Positions 20,339 through 30,729 of a stretch of 64,000 nucleotides of DNA are shown piece by piece. The stretch comes from an uncultured Actinomycetes bacterium. GTDB lineage: Bacteria; Actinomycetota; Thermoleophilia; UBA2241. Location: positions 128,001 through 192,000 of the forward strand of contig CAVRZA010000004.1 in assembly GCA_963725665.1 (NCBI GenBank), in the 5' to 3' direction. Each line of letters starts with the position of its first letter. Within the stretch, counting starts at the first letter, position 1. The notes below the pieces were generated by a model. That model did not search any database. It worked only from the letters and a program-made list of their open reading frames with translations, and was not told the DNA's origin. A program made the translations under genes and the position numbers.

Positions 20339-21823
20339 ATGATCGACCTCGCCAGTCTGTTCCTCGTCGGCGCCTTGAACATCAGGCTGCCACTGCCGTG
20401 GTGGCTCGGAGTGCCGCTCGTTGCCTACTGGGTGGTCGTCGCCGTGCTGCTCATCATGGACGACCGCGAGCCGGCGCGGACGCTCACCTGGCTCTTCGTG
20501 CTGCTGCTTCTCCCGGTCCTGGGCCTGATCCTGTTTCTGTTCTTCGGCAGGGACTGGAAGGTCATCACGGCGCGTCGCAGCACGAGGGATCACGTGATGG
20601 AGTCCGTCCTCACCAAGATGGACCCCGTCTACGAACGGAACGCTGTGGCCACTGACCGCTTCAACCGGACGTATTGCGGCAGCGCCGCCATCGGCGTCGC
20701 GACGACGATCGGGAACGAGAACAGGGCGCCCGTGCTCCCCGCGCGGACCCTCGAGATCTTCGCCAGCGGCGCCGAGAAGTTCGCTCGCCTCAAGGAGGAC
20801 CTCGCGGCAGCGCGGCGGTTCATCCATCTGGAGTACTTCATCTGGGAGCGCGACGAGCTCACGGCAGAGATCACGCGCATCCTGCTCGACCGCCTCGCGG
20901 CAGGGGTGGAGGTGCGCATCATGTACGACTTCATCGGCTGCATCTCGTTCAAGAAGGACGAGCTCAAGAGCCTGGCCGCCGCGGGCGCGGTGGTGAGCGC
21001 CGACGTCACCAGCGCCATGAAGCTCAACTACCGCAACCACCGCAAGCTCGCCGTCATCGACGGCGAGATCGGTTACACGGGCGGCATGAACATGGGGCAG
21101 GAGTACATCGACGGCGGTGAGCGCTTCGCCACCTGGCGCGACACGCACCTGCGCTATACGGGGCAGGCGGTGGCCGAGCTGCAGAAGCTCTTCGCGATGC
21201 GCTGGCTCGAGGACGAGCACGTCGACCTGCTCCGCGACGAGTACCTGCCGGCGCCCGATGGCACGGGCGACGGCGGCGTGCTCACGCAGACCGTCGCTCA
21301 CACGGTCGAGGACCCCTGGGAGGCGAGCCGCCGGGCGCACATGACGGCTATCGCCGGCGCCCAGCGCCGCGTACGCATCCAGTCGCCGTACTTCGTGCCC
21401 GACCAAGCGATGTTCGAGACGCTCGTCAACGCCGCCCAGCGCGGGGTCGACTTGGAGTTGATGATGACGGGCAAGGTCGACAAGCGGCTGCCGTTCTGGG
21501 CGGCGCAGACCTACTTCAGGCCACTGCTGCTGGCCGGCGGCCGCATCTTCCTCTACGAGGCCGGCTTCTTCCACGCCAAGACCATCGCCGTCGACTCGCT
21601 GTTCGGCGCCGTGGGGACCATGAACATGGACGTGCGCAGCCTGCGCCTGCACAAGGAGCTCATGGTCTGGCTCTACGACGAGGCGAAGGCGCTCGAGATG
21701 GAGCGCACCTTCGATGCCGACCTCGAGCACTGCCGCGAGGTCAAGCTCGTCGATCTCGAGGCGCTGCCGGCGCGCCAGCGCTTCCGCAACTCGTTCGCGC
21801 GCCTGTTCTCGGCGCAGATCTGA
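20339..21823 (+). CDS. cls: Cardiolipin synthase (PLD family)
   Basis: N-terminal TM pair; two HKD motifs, RNHRKLAVID and FHAKTIAVD. Confidence 0.93.
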   Translation: MIDLASLFLVGALNIRLPLPWWLGVPLVAYWVVVAVLLIMDDREPARTLTWLFVLLLLPVLGLILFLFFGRDWKVITARRSTRDHVMESVLTKMDPVYERNAVATDRFNRTYCGSAAIGVATTIGNENRAPVLPARTLEIFASGAEKFARLKEDLAAARRFIHLEYFIWERDELTAEITRILLDRLAAGVEVRIMYDFIGCISFKKDELKSLAAAGAVVSADVTSAMKLNYRNHRKLAVIDGEIGYTGGMNMGQEYIDGGERFATWRDTHLRYTGQAVAELQKLFAMRWLEDEHVDLLRDEYLPAPDGTGDGGVLTQTVAHTVEDPWEASRRAHMTAIAGAQRRVRIQSPYFVPDQAMFETLVNAAQRGVDLELMMTGKVDKRLPFWAAQTYFRPLLLAGGRIFLYEAGFFHAKTIAVDSLFGAVGTMNMDVRSLRLHKELMVWLYDEAKALEMERTFDADLEHCREVKLVDLEALPARQRFRNSFARLFSAQI

Positions 21824-21834
21824 GCGCGGGGCAC

Positions 21835-23046
21835 ATGACCGCCGACGTGTCCGGGCCATCCGCCTCGCGCCGCACCTTGTTGGCGCTCTCCCTGGGTCAC
21901 GGCTGCGCGGACCTGTGTGCCAGCGCGCTCTTCGCCCTGCTGCCCTTCTTGGTCGTGGAGCGCCACTACAGCTATGCCGCCGTCGGCGTGTTCGCATTGA
22001 CGGCGAGCATCGCCAGCGCCGTGCTGCAGCCCCTCGCCGGCGCACGCGGGGACGCCGAGGAGGCGCGCTGGCTGCTCCCGGTCGGGCTCGTCCTCGCCGG
22101 TGTGGGTGTCGGGGCGGTGGGGATGACCACGCGCTACCCCCTCACGTTGCTTGCCGTCGTCGTCTGCAGCATCGGCGTCGCCGCCTATCACCCGGAGGGC
22201 GCTCGCTGGGCTCGCTACGCCGCGGGCAGCCGCGTGACGGCCAACATGAGCTTCTTCTCGGTCGGCGGCGGCGTCGGCTACGCGCTCGGTCCGCTGCTGG
22301 TCGCGGCCGTGCTCGCTCCCCTGGGTTTGCACGGAACGGTGATAGTGGCGATCGTCCCTTTCGCGGCCGCAACCGCCGTGGTCGTTGCGGTGCGACGTTT
22401 CCACGAGGGGACGCGGCAGGACGAGAGGCTGCCAGGGCCGGCAACGCCGGCGGCGTCGGAGTGGCGACCCTTCGCCCTGCTCCTCGCCCTGTTCTGCATC
22501 GCCAGCGGCGTCACGATCGGGCTGATAACCTTCCTGCCGCTGTTCCTCGTTGAGGCTCGGAACACGAGCCCGGGGGCAAGCAACGTCATGTCGAGCATCC
22601 TGCTGGCCGCGGGGGCGGCCGGGACGCTGCTGGGCGGCATTGCCGCCCAGCAGTTCGGCCGCCGCCTCGTGCTGCTCGTGCCGCAGCTCCTGCTCGTGCC
22701 GGCCATCGCTCTGCTGCCGAGCTTGAGCTACCTCGCCATGATCCCTCTGGTCATCCTCGTCGGGATGGCCATGAGCGCGAACCTGAGCCTGGCGCTAGTG
22801 CTGGCGCAGGAGTACCTGCCGGTGCACATGGGTCTCGCCACGGGCCTCACCATCGGTCTTTGCGGCGGCGCCGGCGGCGTCATCGCGGCCGGGCTCGGCT
22901 TGCTCGGTGACGTCGCCGGCCCGGCGTCGGTGCTGTACGTGATCGCGGCGCTGCCCCTGGCCGTGGCCGCGCTGTCCGCCCCGCTGCCCTGCCCGGCGGC
23001 CGCTCCGCCAGGGACGATCTGGAAGCTGGGGGTGGTCGAGCGCTGA
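21835..23046 (+). CDS. MFS transporter (Fsr-like)
   Basis: GHGCADL, AAYHPEG, FFSVGGGVGYALGP, LAQEYLP; about 12 TM. Confidence 0.88.
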   Translation: MTADVSGPSASRRTLLALSLGHGCADLCASALFALLPFLVVERHYSYAAVGVFALTASIASAVLQPLAGARGDAEEARWLLPVGLVLAGVGVGAVGMTTRYPLTLLAVVVCSIGVAAYHPEGARWARYAAGSRVTANMSFFSVGGGVGYALGPLLVAAVLAPLGLHGTVIVAIVPFAAATAVVVAVRRFHEGTRQDERLPGPATPAASEWRPFALLLALFCIASGVTIGLITFLPLFLVEARNTSPGASNVMSSILLAAGAAGTLLGGIAAQQFGRRLVLLVPQLLLVPAIALLPSLSYLAMIPLVILVGMAMSANLSLALVLAQEYLPVHMGLATGLTIGLCGGAGGVIAAGLGLLGDVAGPASVLYVIAALPLAVAALSAPLPCPAAAPPGTIWKLGVVER

Positions 23047-23091
23047 GGGCGAGCACCCCTTCGGCGGCTCGGCGCCCTGCGCGCCTTCTCC

Positions 23092-23724
23092 CTAGGCCGG
23101 CTCTCGCCGGGCTTCGCCGGACCGCCTCGGCGGCGTCAACCCGCGGCCCTTCAGGTAGTCGTCGAGTAACGCGATCTGTCGCTCGGCCGGGAACGATGCG
23201 GGATCGAGAGCTGCGCGCATGGCCGTTCCATCCACGAAGGCGGCGAGCAGCGTCGCTTCATCGTCGAGATCGACGTCCGGAGAGAGTTCCCCGTCGGCCA
23301 TCGCCTGGCGCATCTTGTCCTGCATGGCGCTCTGCCAGTTGGCGTTATCTTGGCGCTGGAGTCGCTGGAAGTCATGCCTCACGGTCACACGCGACAGAAA
23401 CGCCAGCCAGACGCGCGCGACCAGATGGCTCTCCGGCGTCAGGCAAAGGTTGTGACGGACGGCTGCTCGCAGTCCTCGCAGGCCCCGCTGGGCTTCGAGG
23501 TCACCGTAGAATCTCTCGTTCACATGCTGCAGCGCGAGTCGATAGGCAGCCAGGAGCAGGTCGTCCTTGCTCGGGAAGTAGTGCGCGATGGCGCCGATCG
23601 ACCAGCCCGATTCCTCGGCTATGCGGCGGACCGTGAGCCCATCCCCGCCATCCTGCTCTATGACCCGCCAGACAGCCTCGGAGAGCTGTGCTCGTCGCTC
23701 GTCGTGATCGATCACCCTCGGCAT
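23092..23724 (-). CDS. TetR family regulator, BetI-like
   Basis: MPRVIDHDERR, TVRRIAEESGWSIGAIAHYFPSKDDLL; BetI-type C-terminal domain. Confidence 0.88.
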   Translation of the reverse strand: MPRVIDHDERRAQLSEAVWRVIEQDGGDGLTVRRIAEESGWSIGAIAHYFPSKDDLLLAAYRLALQHVNERFYGDLEAQRGLRGLRAAVRHNLCLTPESHLVARVWLAFLSRVTVRHDFQRLQRQDNANWQSAMQDKMRQAMADGELSPDVDLDDEATLLAAFVDGTAMRAALDPASFPAERQIALLDDYLKGRGLTPPRRSGEARREPA

Positions 23725-23760
23725 TGACGGCCCCCATAAGCCGGGCATAGACTGGCCGCG

Positions 23761-23782
23761 CGATATCGAACGTTCGTCTTAA
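23761..23782. promoter_or_regulatory. Palindromic operator CGAACGTTCG between tetR and the SBP gene (BetI-box-like)
   Basis: Perfect 10-bp palindrome at 23767-23776 in the divergent intergenic region. Confidence 0.55.
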
Positions 23783-23828
23783 AACGCGCGGTGAGTATAC
23801 CACCACGTGTCGCCGGAAGGGGGCGGTC

Positions 23829-25490
23829 ATGAAGCGTCGTTCGTGCGTTCCACTGATCCTTGTCCTGGTGTTGCTGGGCTTCGGCGCGGCGTTGCTCGCG
23901 AGCTGCGGCTCCAGCGGGGGTTCCGCCACGACGGGGAGCCCGTCGGCTGCCGCATCGCCGAAGACCGGCGGAACGCTCACCTTTGCCATCGAGGGCGAGC
24001 CGCAGGCCCTCGACCCGATCCTCAGCTGGACCGTGCAGGCCTTCGACATGGAGTACCTGCTCTACGACACGCTGGTGAAGTTCGCCAGCGGCACCGGGGA
24101 GGCGGGCAACGAGGTCGTGCCGGAGCTGGCGACCGCCATGCCCACCGTCTCGGCGGACGGCAAGACCTACACGTTCACCCTGCGGCAGGGGGCGAAGTTC
24201 GCGCCGCCGGTGAACCGCGAGGTGACGGCCGAAGACTTCAAGTACAGCGTCGAACGCATGATGAGCACTGAGCGCTCGCCGGCGACGTTCTTCTACACGG
24301 GGATCGCCGGGGCTGCCGATTTCCAGGCCGGCAAGGCCAAGGAGATCAGCGGGATCACGGCCGTGGATCGCTACACGCTCGAGATCAAGCTCGACGCGCC
24401 CGATCCGACGCTGCTCTTCAAGCTCGCCATGCCGTTCTGCGCGGTCGTGCCCAAGGAGGCCGTGGAGAAGTACGGCAAGAGCTTCTCGCGGCACCCTGTC
24501 GGCAGCGGTCCGTACATGTTGGAAAAGTGGACGGCCGGCCAGAACGCGAGCCTCGTGCGCAATCCGAACTACTCAGGCCCGACGCCCGGGTATCCGGATA
24601 CGTGGGAGTTCAGTTTCACCCTCAACCCCGAGATGGCCTTCCTGCAGGTGCAGCGCGGGACGGTGGACATCCTCGGCAACGGGGTCCCGACCAGCGACGT
24701 GCAGCGGGTCACGCAGGACCCCAAGCTCAAGGCACTGCTCAACGCAGGCCCCATCGTGGCGTGGTACTACGGGTTCCTCAACGTGACCGTGAAGCCGTTC
24801 GACGACGTGCGCGTGCGCCAGGCCGTCAATTACGCCATCGACAGGTCGCGCATCGCCAAGATCCTCTCGGGACAGGTGATGCCGCTCAACCAGATCTACC
24901 CCGAGGGCATGCCGGGGTACGAGCCGAACGCGGACTACTACCCGTACGACCCGGCGAAGGCGAAGCAGCTCCTGAGCGAAGCGGGTCTCGCGAGCGGCTT
25001 CTCGACCACGTTCATCACCTTCTCACAGGACCCGCTGCCCCGCGTGTCGGAGGCGATCCAGGCAGATCTCGCCAAGGTCGGCATCGAGGTCGCGATCAAG
25101 CGTATGCAGGAGGCGGCCGGCTACACCTACATGACCACCAAGGCATCGCAGGCGCCGATGGGGCTGACCTACTGGTACGCCGACTTCCCCGATCCTTCGG
25201 ACTGGATCGGCTCGCTCCTGAGCAAGGAGAGCGCGATGACCGACGGCGGCGCCAACGTGAGCTGGTGGTGGAGCCCCGAGGTCGAGAAGCTGTACGCGCA
25301 GGCCCAGACGATGCAGGTCTCTCCCGAGCGGACGGCGCTCTTCACACAGATGCAGCAGATCGTCATGGACGAGGCGCCCGTGTTCCCGCTCTACCAGCCG
25401 ATCTACAACGGCATGGCGTCTGAGGCCACGGGCGGCTTCTACATCCACCCGATGGCGGTCTTCAACTTCCTCGACTACTGGAGGAAGTGA
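23829..25490 (+). CDS. ABC transporter substrate-binding lipoprotein, family 5
   Basis: Lipobox LLASC, LYDTLV, SADGKTYTFTLR, PVGSGPY, RVRQAVNYAID, YDPAKAKQLL. Confidence 0.92.
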   Translation: MKRRSCVPLILVLVLLGFGAALLASCGSSGGSATTGSPSAAASPKTGGTLTFAIEGEPQALDPILSWTVQAFDMEYLLYDTLVKFASGTGEAGNEVVPELATAMPTVSADGKTYTFTLRQGAKFAPPVNREVTAEDFKYSVERMMSTERSPATFFYTGIAGAADFQAGKAKEISGITAVDRYTLEIKLDAPDPTLLFKLAMPFCAVVPKEAVEKYGKSFSRHPVGSGPYMLEKWTAGQNASLVRNPNYSGPTPGYPDTWEFSFTLNPEMAFLQVQRGTVDILGNGVPTSDVQRVTQDPKLKALLNAGPIVAWYYGFLNVTVKPFDDVRVRQAVNYAIDRSRIAKILSGQVMPLNQIYPEGMPGYEPNADYYPYDPAKAKQLLSEAGLASGFSTTFITFSQDPLPRVSEAIQADLAKVGIEVAIKRMQEAAGYTYMTTKASQAPMGLTYWYADFPDPSDWIGSLLSKESAMTDGGANVSWWWSPEVEKLYAQAQTMQVSPERTALFTQMQQIVMDEAPVFPLYQPIYNGMASEATGGFYIHPMAVFNFLDYWRK

Positions 25491-25526
25491 GGTGCTGACC
25501 TGGCTTGCCGAGACAGGAGCCGGGCG

Positions 25527-26681
25527 ATGACGCTCGATCTGACCGCTCTGTCGGCGGTCGATACCCACTGTCACCTCTTTCTGCCCCAGCTCGAGGAGAA
25601 GTCGTTCGACCGCTACTGGACGCTCTCCACGCTGCCGCTGGACCCGGCCGACATCCGGTCGACGGTCCTGTTCCAGACGATGAAGTCGCGGCTGGCGCGG
25701 TTTCTCGGTCTGCCCGAGACCGCGCCGTTCGAGAAGATCGCCGCCGAGAGGACGCGCCGCTACAGGGCTGACCCCACGTCGTACGTCGGGGCGCTCTTCG
25801 CTGACGCGGGCATCGGCACGCTGCTCGTCGACATCGGCTACCCCTCCGAAGAGGACGAGGGCATCGACATCGACCCGGGCGAGTTCAGGAGCATGCTCGC
25901 CGGTCAGGACATCCGCATCATCGTGCGCATCGAGCCGGTGATGTACTCGCTGCTCAAGCGCAAGCTGAGCTTCGCGGAGTTCGTCGACGAGTACCGCTCC
26001 GAGCTGCTCCGGCAGCTCGACGAGCACGCCGCGGTGGCGCTCAAGACGACCATCGCCTACTACACGGGGCTCGAGGTGCGCCCGGTGCCCTTCGGGCGCG
26101 CCGAGCGCGCCTACGGCGCGGTCGCCGGCGCGCCCGAAGGCGAGGCCGACCAGGCGGCGCTCAAGGAGTACCGCGACTTCTTCCTGCTCGAGGCGCTCGA
26201 GGTAGGGATGGAGCGGGGCTTGCCGATGCAGGTCCACACCGGCATGGGGGACTCGCCCGAGATCGACATCAGGCTCGCCGACCCGTCGCACCTGCGCTGG
26301 CTGATAGCGGACGATCACTTCGGCAAGGCGACCGTGGTGCTGGTGCACGCAGGGTATCCACACCACGCGGCGGCGGGCTTTCTCGTGAGCGCCTATCCGA
26401 ACGTGTGGCTCGACGTCTCGGAGATGGTGCCGTTCGTCGGTCCCGGGGTGACTTCGCGTCTGTTGGAGCTCTTCGAGATGGCACCGCTGCGCAAGATCAT
26501 GTATGGCTCAGACGGCTTCAACATCCCGGAGGTCTTCTGGTTCGCCGCGGTCCAGTTCAGGCGGGGTCTCTCGGGGGCGCTGGAGAGCCTGGTGGCGGCG
26601 GGGCACGTGTCACAGGATTTCGCGCTCGAGGCAGCGGGGGGCATCCTGAGCGAGAACGCGAGGCGGCTCTACAGGCTCTGA
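25527..26681 (+). CDS. Amidohydrolase family 2 protein (FluG N-terminal-like)
   Basis: VDTHCH, LKTTIAYYTGL, QVHTGMGD, LVHAGYP, KIMYGSDG, ENARRLY. Confidence 0.88.
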   Translation: MTLDLTALSAVDTHCHLFLPQLEEKSFDRYWTLSTLPLDPADIRSTVLFQTMKSRLARFLGLPETAPFEKIAAERTRRYRADPTSYVGALFADAGIGTLLVDIGYPSEEDEGIDIDPGEFRSMLAGQDIRIIVRIEPVMYSLLKRKLSFAEFVDEYRSELLRQLDEHAAVALKTTIAYYTGLEVRPVPFGRAERAYGAVAGAPEGEADQAALKEYRDFFLLEALEVGMERGLPMQVHTGMGDSPEIDIRLADPSHLRWLIADDHFGKATVVLVHAGYPHHAAAGFLVSAYPNVWLDVSEMVPFVGPGVTSRLLELFEMAPLRKIMYGSDGFNIPEVFWFAAVQFRRGLSGALESLVAAGHVSQDFALEAAGGILSENARRLYRL

Positions 26682-26707
26682 CGAGTCCAGTGCGCGGTCG
26701 CGAGAGG

Positions 26708-26747
26708 GGCGGGGCGGCGAGGCGCCGACGCGCCTCGCCGCCCCGCC
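26708..26747. terminator. 18-bp perfect hairpin between convergent genes (bidirectional terminator)
   Basis: GGCGGGGCGGCGAGGCGC-CGAC-GCGCCTCGCCGCCCCGCC. Confidence 0.75.
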
Positions 26748-26754
26748 TGACTAT

Positions 26755-27343
26755 TCAGGTGGTCGTCGCGGAGCCCGAAGAGCCGAGAAGGGCTTCAATG
26801 CCGGCGCTGAGCATCTTGCCCAGGACCGACAGCCGCGCCTGCAGCTTGCCGATCTCCGACTGGAGGGTGGCTCGTTCCGTCGCGGAGGTCGACGAGCGCT
26901 TGTCGAGCGCCCCGGCGATCCTTGTGACGGCCGATTGCGCCTCCCGGATGCCCGTGACGGCCGCGGCCTGCAAGGGCCGCAGGCCGTCGGGCGGTGTCGA
27001 GCGCGGCCAGGCTCGAGGCCTCGTTGTCCAATTGCGCCGCGATGTCGTCGAGTTTCGCGGCAGAGGCGGTCCATGTGTCGTCCGGCTTCGCGCTCAGACC
27101 TTCGACCGCGTCGGGCAGTGCCGCCACGGTGGTGGCAAGCTCGGAGGTTACCGGTCTCACCTGCTCCAGGTAGGTCTTCAGGTCGGCGACACCGTTGAGA
27201 AGCCCGCTCTGGGGGGCGCTATGGGAGGCCCTCGGGGAAGGCGCTGTGGCCGTGGAGGTCTCCTTGCCCGCACAGCCGGTCGCAGCGAGCACGATCGCCA
27301 ACGTCACGAACACACCTGGGACTCCGATCCGCATCCTGATCAT
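26755..27343 (-). pseudogene. Helical lipoprotein with one frameshift near 27000 (pseudogene or sequencing error)
   Basis: Lipobox AATGC; removing one base joins ...LAAL to TPPDGLRPLQAAAV...ATTT*. Confidence 0.55.
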
Positions 27344-27475
27344 CTCAACGACACTCCTGGTCCGCATCGCGCCCGTGCCCGATTGTCACGGCCTCGTTTT
27401 GGTGAGACGCGCGGCTGCGGGTCAGGGCATCGTTCTTGGTCGTCTTGCCGGCGCCGTTCGGGCCGATCGCGGAGG

Positions 27476-30085
27476 TTATCTGGCTGCTCCGGAACAGAGG
27501 CGCCGCACGTCGGTGGCCGACTCGGCGGCGAGAGCCTCAGCGGCGAGCTGCCGCGCCTCGCTCATCGCGGTGGCGCGGACCGCCTGCTTCGCGGCAGGGA
27601 TCCGCGCCGGCGCCATCGAGAGCTCGGTGACGCCGAGCCCGAGCAGCAGCGCGACGGCCGACGGGTCGCCGGCAAGCTCGCCGCAGACGGCGACCGGTCG
27701 TCCGGCCTCGGCGGCCGCGCGCGTGGTGCCGTCGATGAGGCGCAGAACGGCGGGATGCAGGGCGTCGGCAAGGGCGGCCACATCGGCGTTGCCGCGCTCG
27801 GCGGCCAGAACGTACTGGGCGAGGTCGTTCGTGCCGACGGAGAAGAAGTCCACGTGCGGGGCGAACGCCGTTGTCATCAGGGCCGCGGCGGGCACCTCCA
27901 CCATGATCCCGACCTCGACGCGTTCCGGGGCCGGGATGCCGTCGACGTACAGGGACTCTCGTGCCTGGTCGAGCAGCTCACGCGCGCGTCGGACCTCGTC
28001 CACGGTGGTCACCATCGGGAACATGACACGGACGGGATGCTCGGCGGCCACCCGGAGCACCGCCCGGAGCTGGCCGACCAGGAGCTGCGGGTGCCGCAGA
28101 CCGAGACGGATGCCCCTCAGACCCAGGAAGGGGTTCTGCTCCTCGGCCAGGGGCAGGTAGGGAAGCTGCTTGTCGGCGCCCGCGTCGAGCGTACGGATGG
28201 TCAGTGGTCGACCACCGAGCCCGTCGGTTGCGACGCGATAAGCCCGCTCCTGCTCCAGTTCGCTCGGCAGGTGGTCGGTCTCGAGGAAGAGGAACTCCGT
28301 GCGCAAGAGACCGACTCCGTCGGCGCCGGCGGCGAGTGCCTGCGGCACTTCTGCCGGCGCCGCAAGGTTGGCGCCCACTTGCACGAGCACGCCGTCGCGG
28401 GTGACGGCGGGCTCCGAGGCGCGCTCGCGCGCCTCCGTCTGCTCGCGCGCCAGTCGAGCCCGCCGCTTCGTCGCCGCCCGTAGCGCCGCGGCGGGAGGAT
28501 CGACCACGAGGGTGCCGGCGTCTCCGTCGAGCGCCAGCGGCGTGCCCTCCGGCACGGCGAGCAGGGCACTCCCCAGGGCCACCACCGCCGGGATCTGAAG
28601 GGAGCGCGCCAGGATCGCGCTGTGCGAGGTGGGCCCGCCGCCGGCGCAGGCTATGCCGTGCACGAGAGAGCGGTCCAGGGCGGCGGTCTGCGCCGGGGTG
28701 AGATCGGTTGCGATCACGATACCTTCGTCGCTCAAGAAGGTCTCAGCGGGGCGGCCGAGCAGGTGCCGCAGGACCTGGTCGCCGACGCTGCGCAAGTCGG
28801 CGGCCCGGGCACGCTGGTAGGGGTCGTCGAGCCGTTCCCAGGTCGCGGTGGCGACCGAGACGGCGTCTGCCCAGGCGCGAGCCGCGTTGACGCCGTGTCG
28901 GAGCACGCCGTCGCGTGCCGGCTGCAAGAGCGCCTCGTCCTCCAAGAACAGGACGTGGGCTGCGAAGATGCCGGCCTCATAGCCGCCGGCGCGGCCGGCT
29001 ACCGAGGTCTGTGTGCGACGAATGTCGGCTGCCGTGGCGGCCAGGGCGCGCTCTAGCGCGTTCCAGTCGGCTGCGCGATCCCGTGCTGGGCCGTCGGGCA
29101 CGCGAAGCGGTGCCGTATGCAGCCTGCGGGCGACGCCGGTGACGATGCCCGGCGATACGGGCAGGCCGCAGAGCGCCGACCCGGCCGGCGGGGGTGAAAC
29201 GGGCTCGGTCGCGAGTGCCGCAGGCTCGGCGGCGGGGGTCACGGCTCCGGACGCAGGCGACGGGATGGTGCCCGTCGTGGCCGTCGCCGTCGCCAACGAG
29301 CCCCTCGCGGTCACGGCGGCATCGCCCGAGAGTGCGGTGGCCGCGTGCACAGGCTCGCCGAACCCCTCCGCTGCGAGACGGCCGATCGCGGCGAGGGCCT
29401 CCGCGGCTTGCGGCCCGGAGGCCCTCGCCTCGACCTCGTGACCCTCGAGCACACCGAGCGTAGCGACGGCGTTCAGACTGCGGGCGCTCGCCGGGCCGCG
29501 GCCGTTTGTAAGGTCGGCTACGGCCACGTCGGCGTCGTAGCCGGCCGCCGTGCGCACGAGCGCGGCGGCCGGCCGCGCGTGCAAACCGAGTCGGTTGCGC
29601 ACCGTGAAGCGCACCGTCAGCAGGTCGGTGGCCGCCGGCCGGCCGATCGGCGTCGTCCCTGGGGCGGCTTCGCCGCCCGCGGCGAGGTGCGCCGCTTTGG
29701 GCGCCAGGCCGTCGCGCGCCTCCTCGGCGACCTTCTCGAGCGGCTCGCCGAGGGCGGCGGCGACGGCCGCGGCCACGGCGCCCTCGACCAGCGGCGCCTC
29801 CGTGAGCAACACGCCCGCCCGCCGCTCCTCCGGGAGCAGGTCGAGGGCCAACTCGGCGGAGAGGACGGCGCTGCCAAGGTCCATGAGGACCAGCACGCCG
29901 TCCTCGGACCACACCTCGTCGATGGCGCGGGCGACGGCTGTGGCGTCGGTGCCCAGCGGGTTCCCAGGCTGGTCGAGGCCGGCGGCGACGCCGATACGCA
30001 GCTTTTCGCCGGCCATCTGCGCCGCCAGCTCGACCACACCCTCGGCGAGCTTCGCGCTGTGAGCCACGAGGACGAGACCGATCAA
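27476..30085 (-). CDS. dhaM: DhaM (EIIA-Dha)-HPr-Enzyme I multidomain PTS phosphotransferase
   Basis: LVAHSAKLA, DLGSAVL, GLHARPAA, TSHSAILAR, GLLRTEFL, SVGTNDL, CGELAGD; TTG start overlaps the dhaL stop. Confidence 0.92.
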   Translation of the reverse strand: MIGLVLVAHSAKLAEGVVELAAQMAGEKLRIGVAAGLDQPGNPLGTDATAVARAIDEVWSEDGVLVLMDLGSAVLSAELALDLLPEERRAGVLLTEAPLVEGAVAAAVAAALGEPLEKVAEEARDGLAPKAAHLAAGGEAAPGTTPIGRPAATDLLTVRFTVRNRLGLHARPAAALVRTAAGYDADVAVADLTNGRGPASARSLNAVATLGVLEGHEVEARASGPQAAEALAAIGRLAAEGFGEPVHAATALSGDAAVTARGSLATATATTGTIPSPASGAVTPAAEPAALATEPVSPPPAGSALCGLPVSPGIVTGVARRLHTAPLRVPDGPARDRAADWNALERALAATAADIRRTQTSVAGRAGGYEAGIFAAHVLFLEDEALLQPARDGVLRHGVNAARAWADAVSVATATWERLDDPYQRARAADLRSVGDQVLRHLLGRPAETFLSDEGIVIATDLTPAQTAALDRSLVHGIACAGGGPTSHSAILARSLQIPAVVALGSALLAVPEGTPLALDGDAGTLVVDPPAAALRAATKRRARLAREQTEARERASEPAVTRDGVLVQVGANLAAPAEVPQALAAGADGVGLLRTEFLFLETDHLPSELEQERAYRVATDGLGGRPLTIRTLDAGADKQLPYLPLAEEQNPFLGLRGIRLGLRHPQLLVGQLRAVLRVAAEHPVRVMFPMVTTVDEVRRARELLDQARESLYVDGIPAPERVEVGIMVEVPAAALMTTAFAPHVDFFSVGTNDLAQYVLAAERGNADVAALADALHPAVLRLIDGTTRAAAEAGRPVAVCGELAGDPSAVALLLGLGVTELSMAPARIPAAKQAVRATAMSEARQLAAEALAAESATDVRRLCSGAAR

Positions 30086-30729
30086 GGCCCGGCGTCCACG
30101 AGGCGCTCCGCCGCCGTCTTCATCAACGACCAAGAGGACGTGGCACCGGGGTCCTGATGCCCGGCGCTGCGTTCACCCAGGTAACTGGCGCGGCCCTTTC
30201 GTGCCACCATGGGGACGGTCGCACTCATGCCCTGCTCCGCCGCCTCGGCCGCACGGCGCAGGGCCTTGGCCGCCGGCAGCCCTCCCGCGACGCCCTGCCG
30301 CAGGGCCTCCACGGCCGGCAGCAGGGCGTCGAGCATCGTCTTGTCTCCGAGCTCCGCCTTGCCCCGCGCTTGCACGCCGCTCACACCAGCCTCGAATGCT
30401 GCCGCCCAGGTCTCGAGCGTGAGCTCCGACGCCTGGGCGGCTGCAGCTCCCATCTGCAGAAAGAGCGTCCCGTACAACGGTCCGGCGGCGCCGCCGACGG
30501 TCGACACCAGCGTCATCCCTGCGAGCTTCAGAAGGGCGCCGATGTCGTCCGCAGGCGCGCCGTCCAGCTTGCCGAGGACCGCCTGCATCCCGCGATCCAT
30601 GTTGATGCCGTGGTCGGCGTCACCGATCGCGGCGTCGAGCTCGGTGAGGTACTCCCGTTGTCGTGCCACATCATCGGCGAAGGCCCGCAGCCAAGCCTCG
30701 ATCCCCTGCTGCGAGATCGTCCCGCTCAT
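30082..30729 (-). CDS. dhaL: Dihydroxyacetone kinase ADP-binding subunit
   Basis: LDAAIGDADHGINM, VGGAAGPLYG, GDKTMLDAL, KGRASYLGERSAGHQDPGA. Confidence 0.95.
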   Translation of the reverse strand: MSGTISQQGIEAWLRAFADDVARQREYLTELDAAIGDADHGINMDRGMQAVLGKLDGAPADDIGALLKLAGMTLVSTVGGAAGPLYGTLFLQMGAAAAQASELTLETWAAAFEAGVSGVQARGKAELGDKTMLDALLPAVEALRQGVAGGLPAAKALRRAAEAAEQGMSATVPMVARKGRASYLGERSAGHQDPGATSSWSLMKTAAERLVDAGP

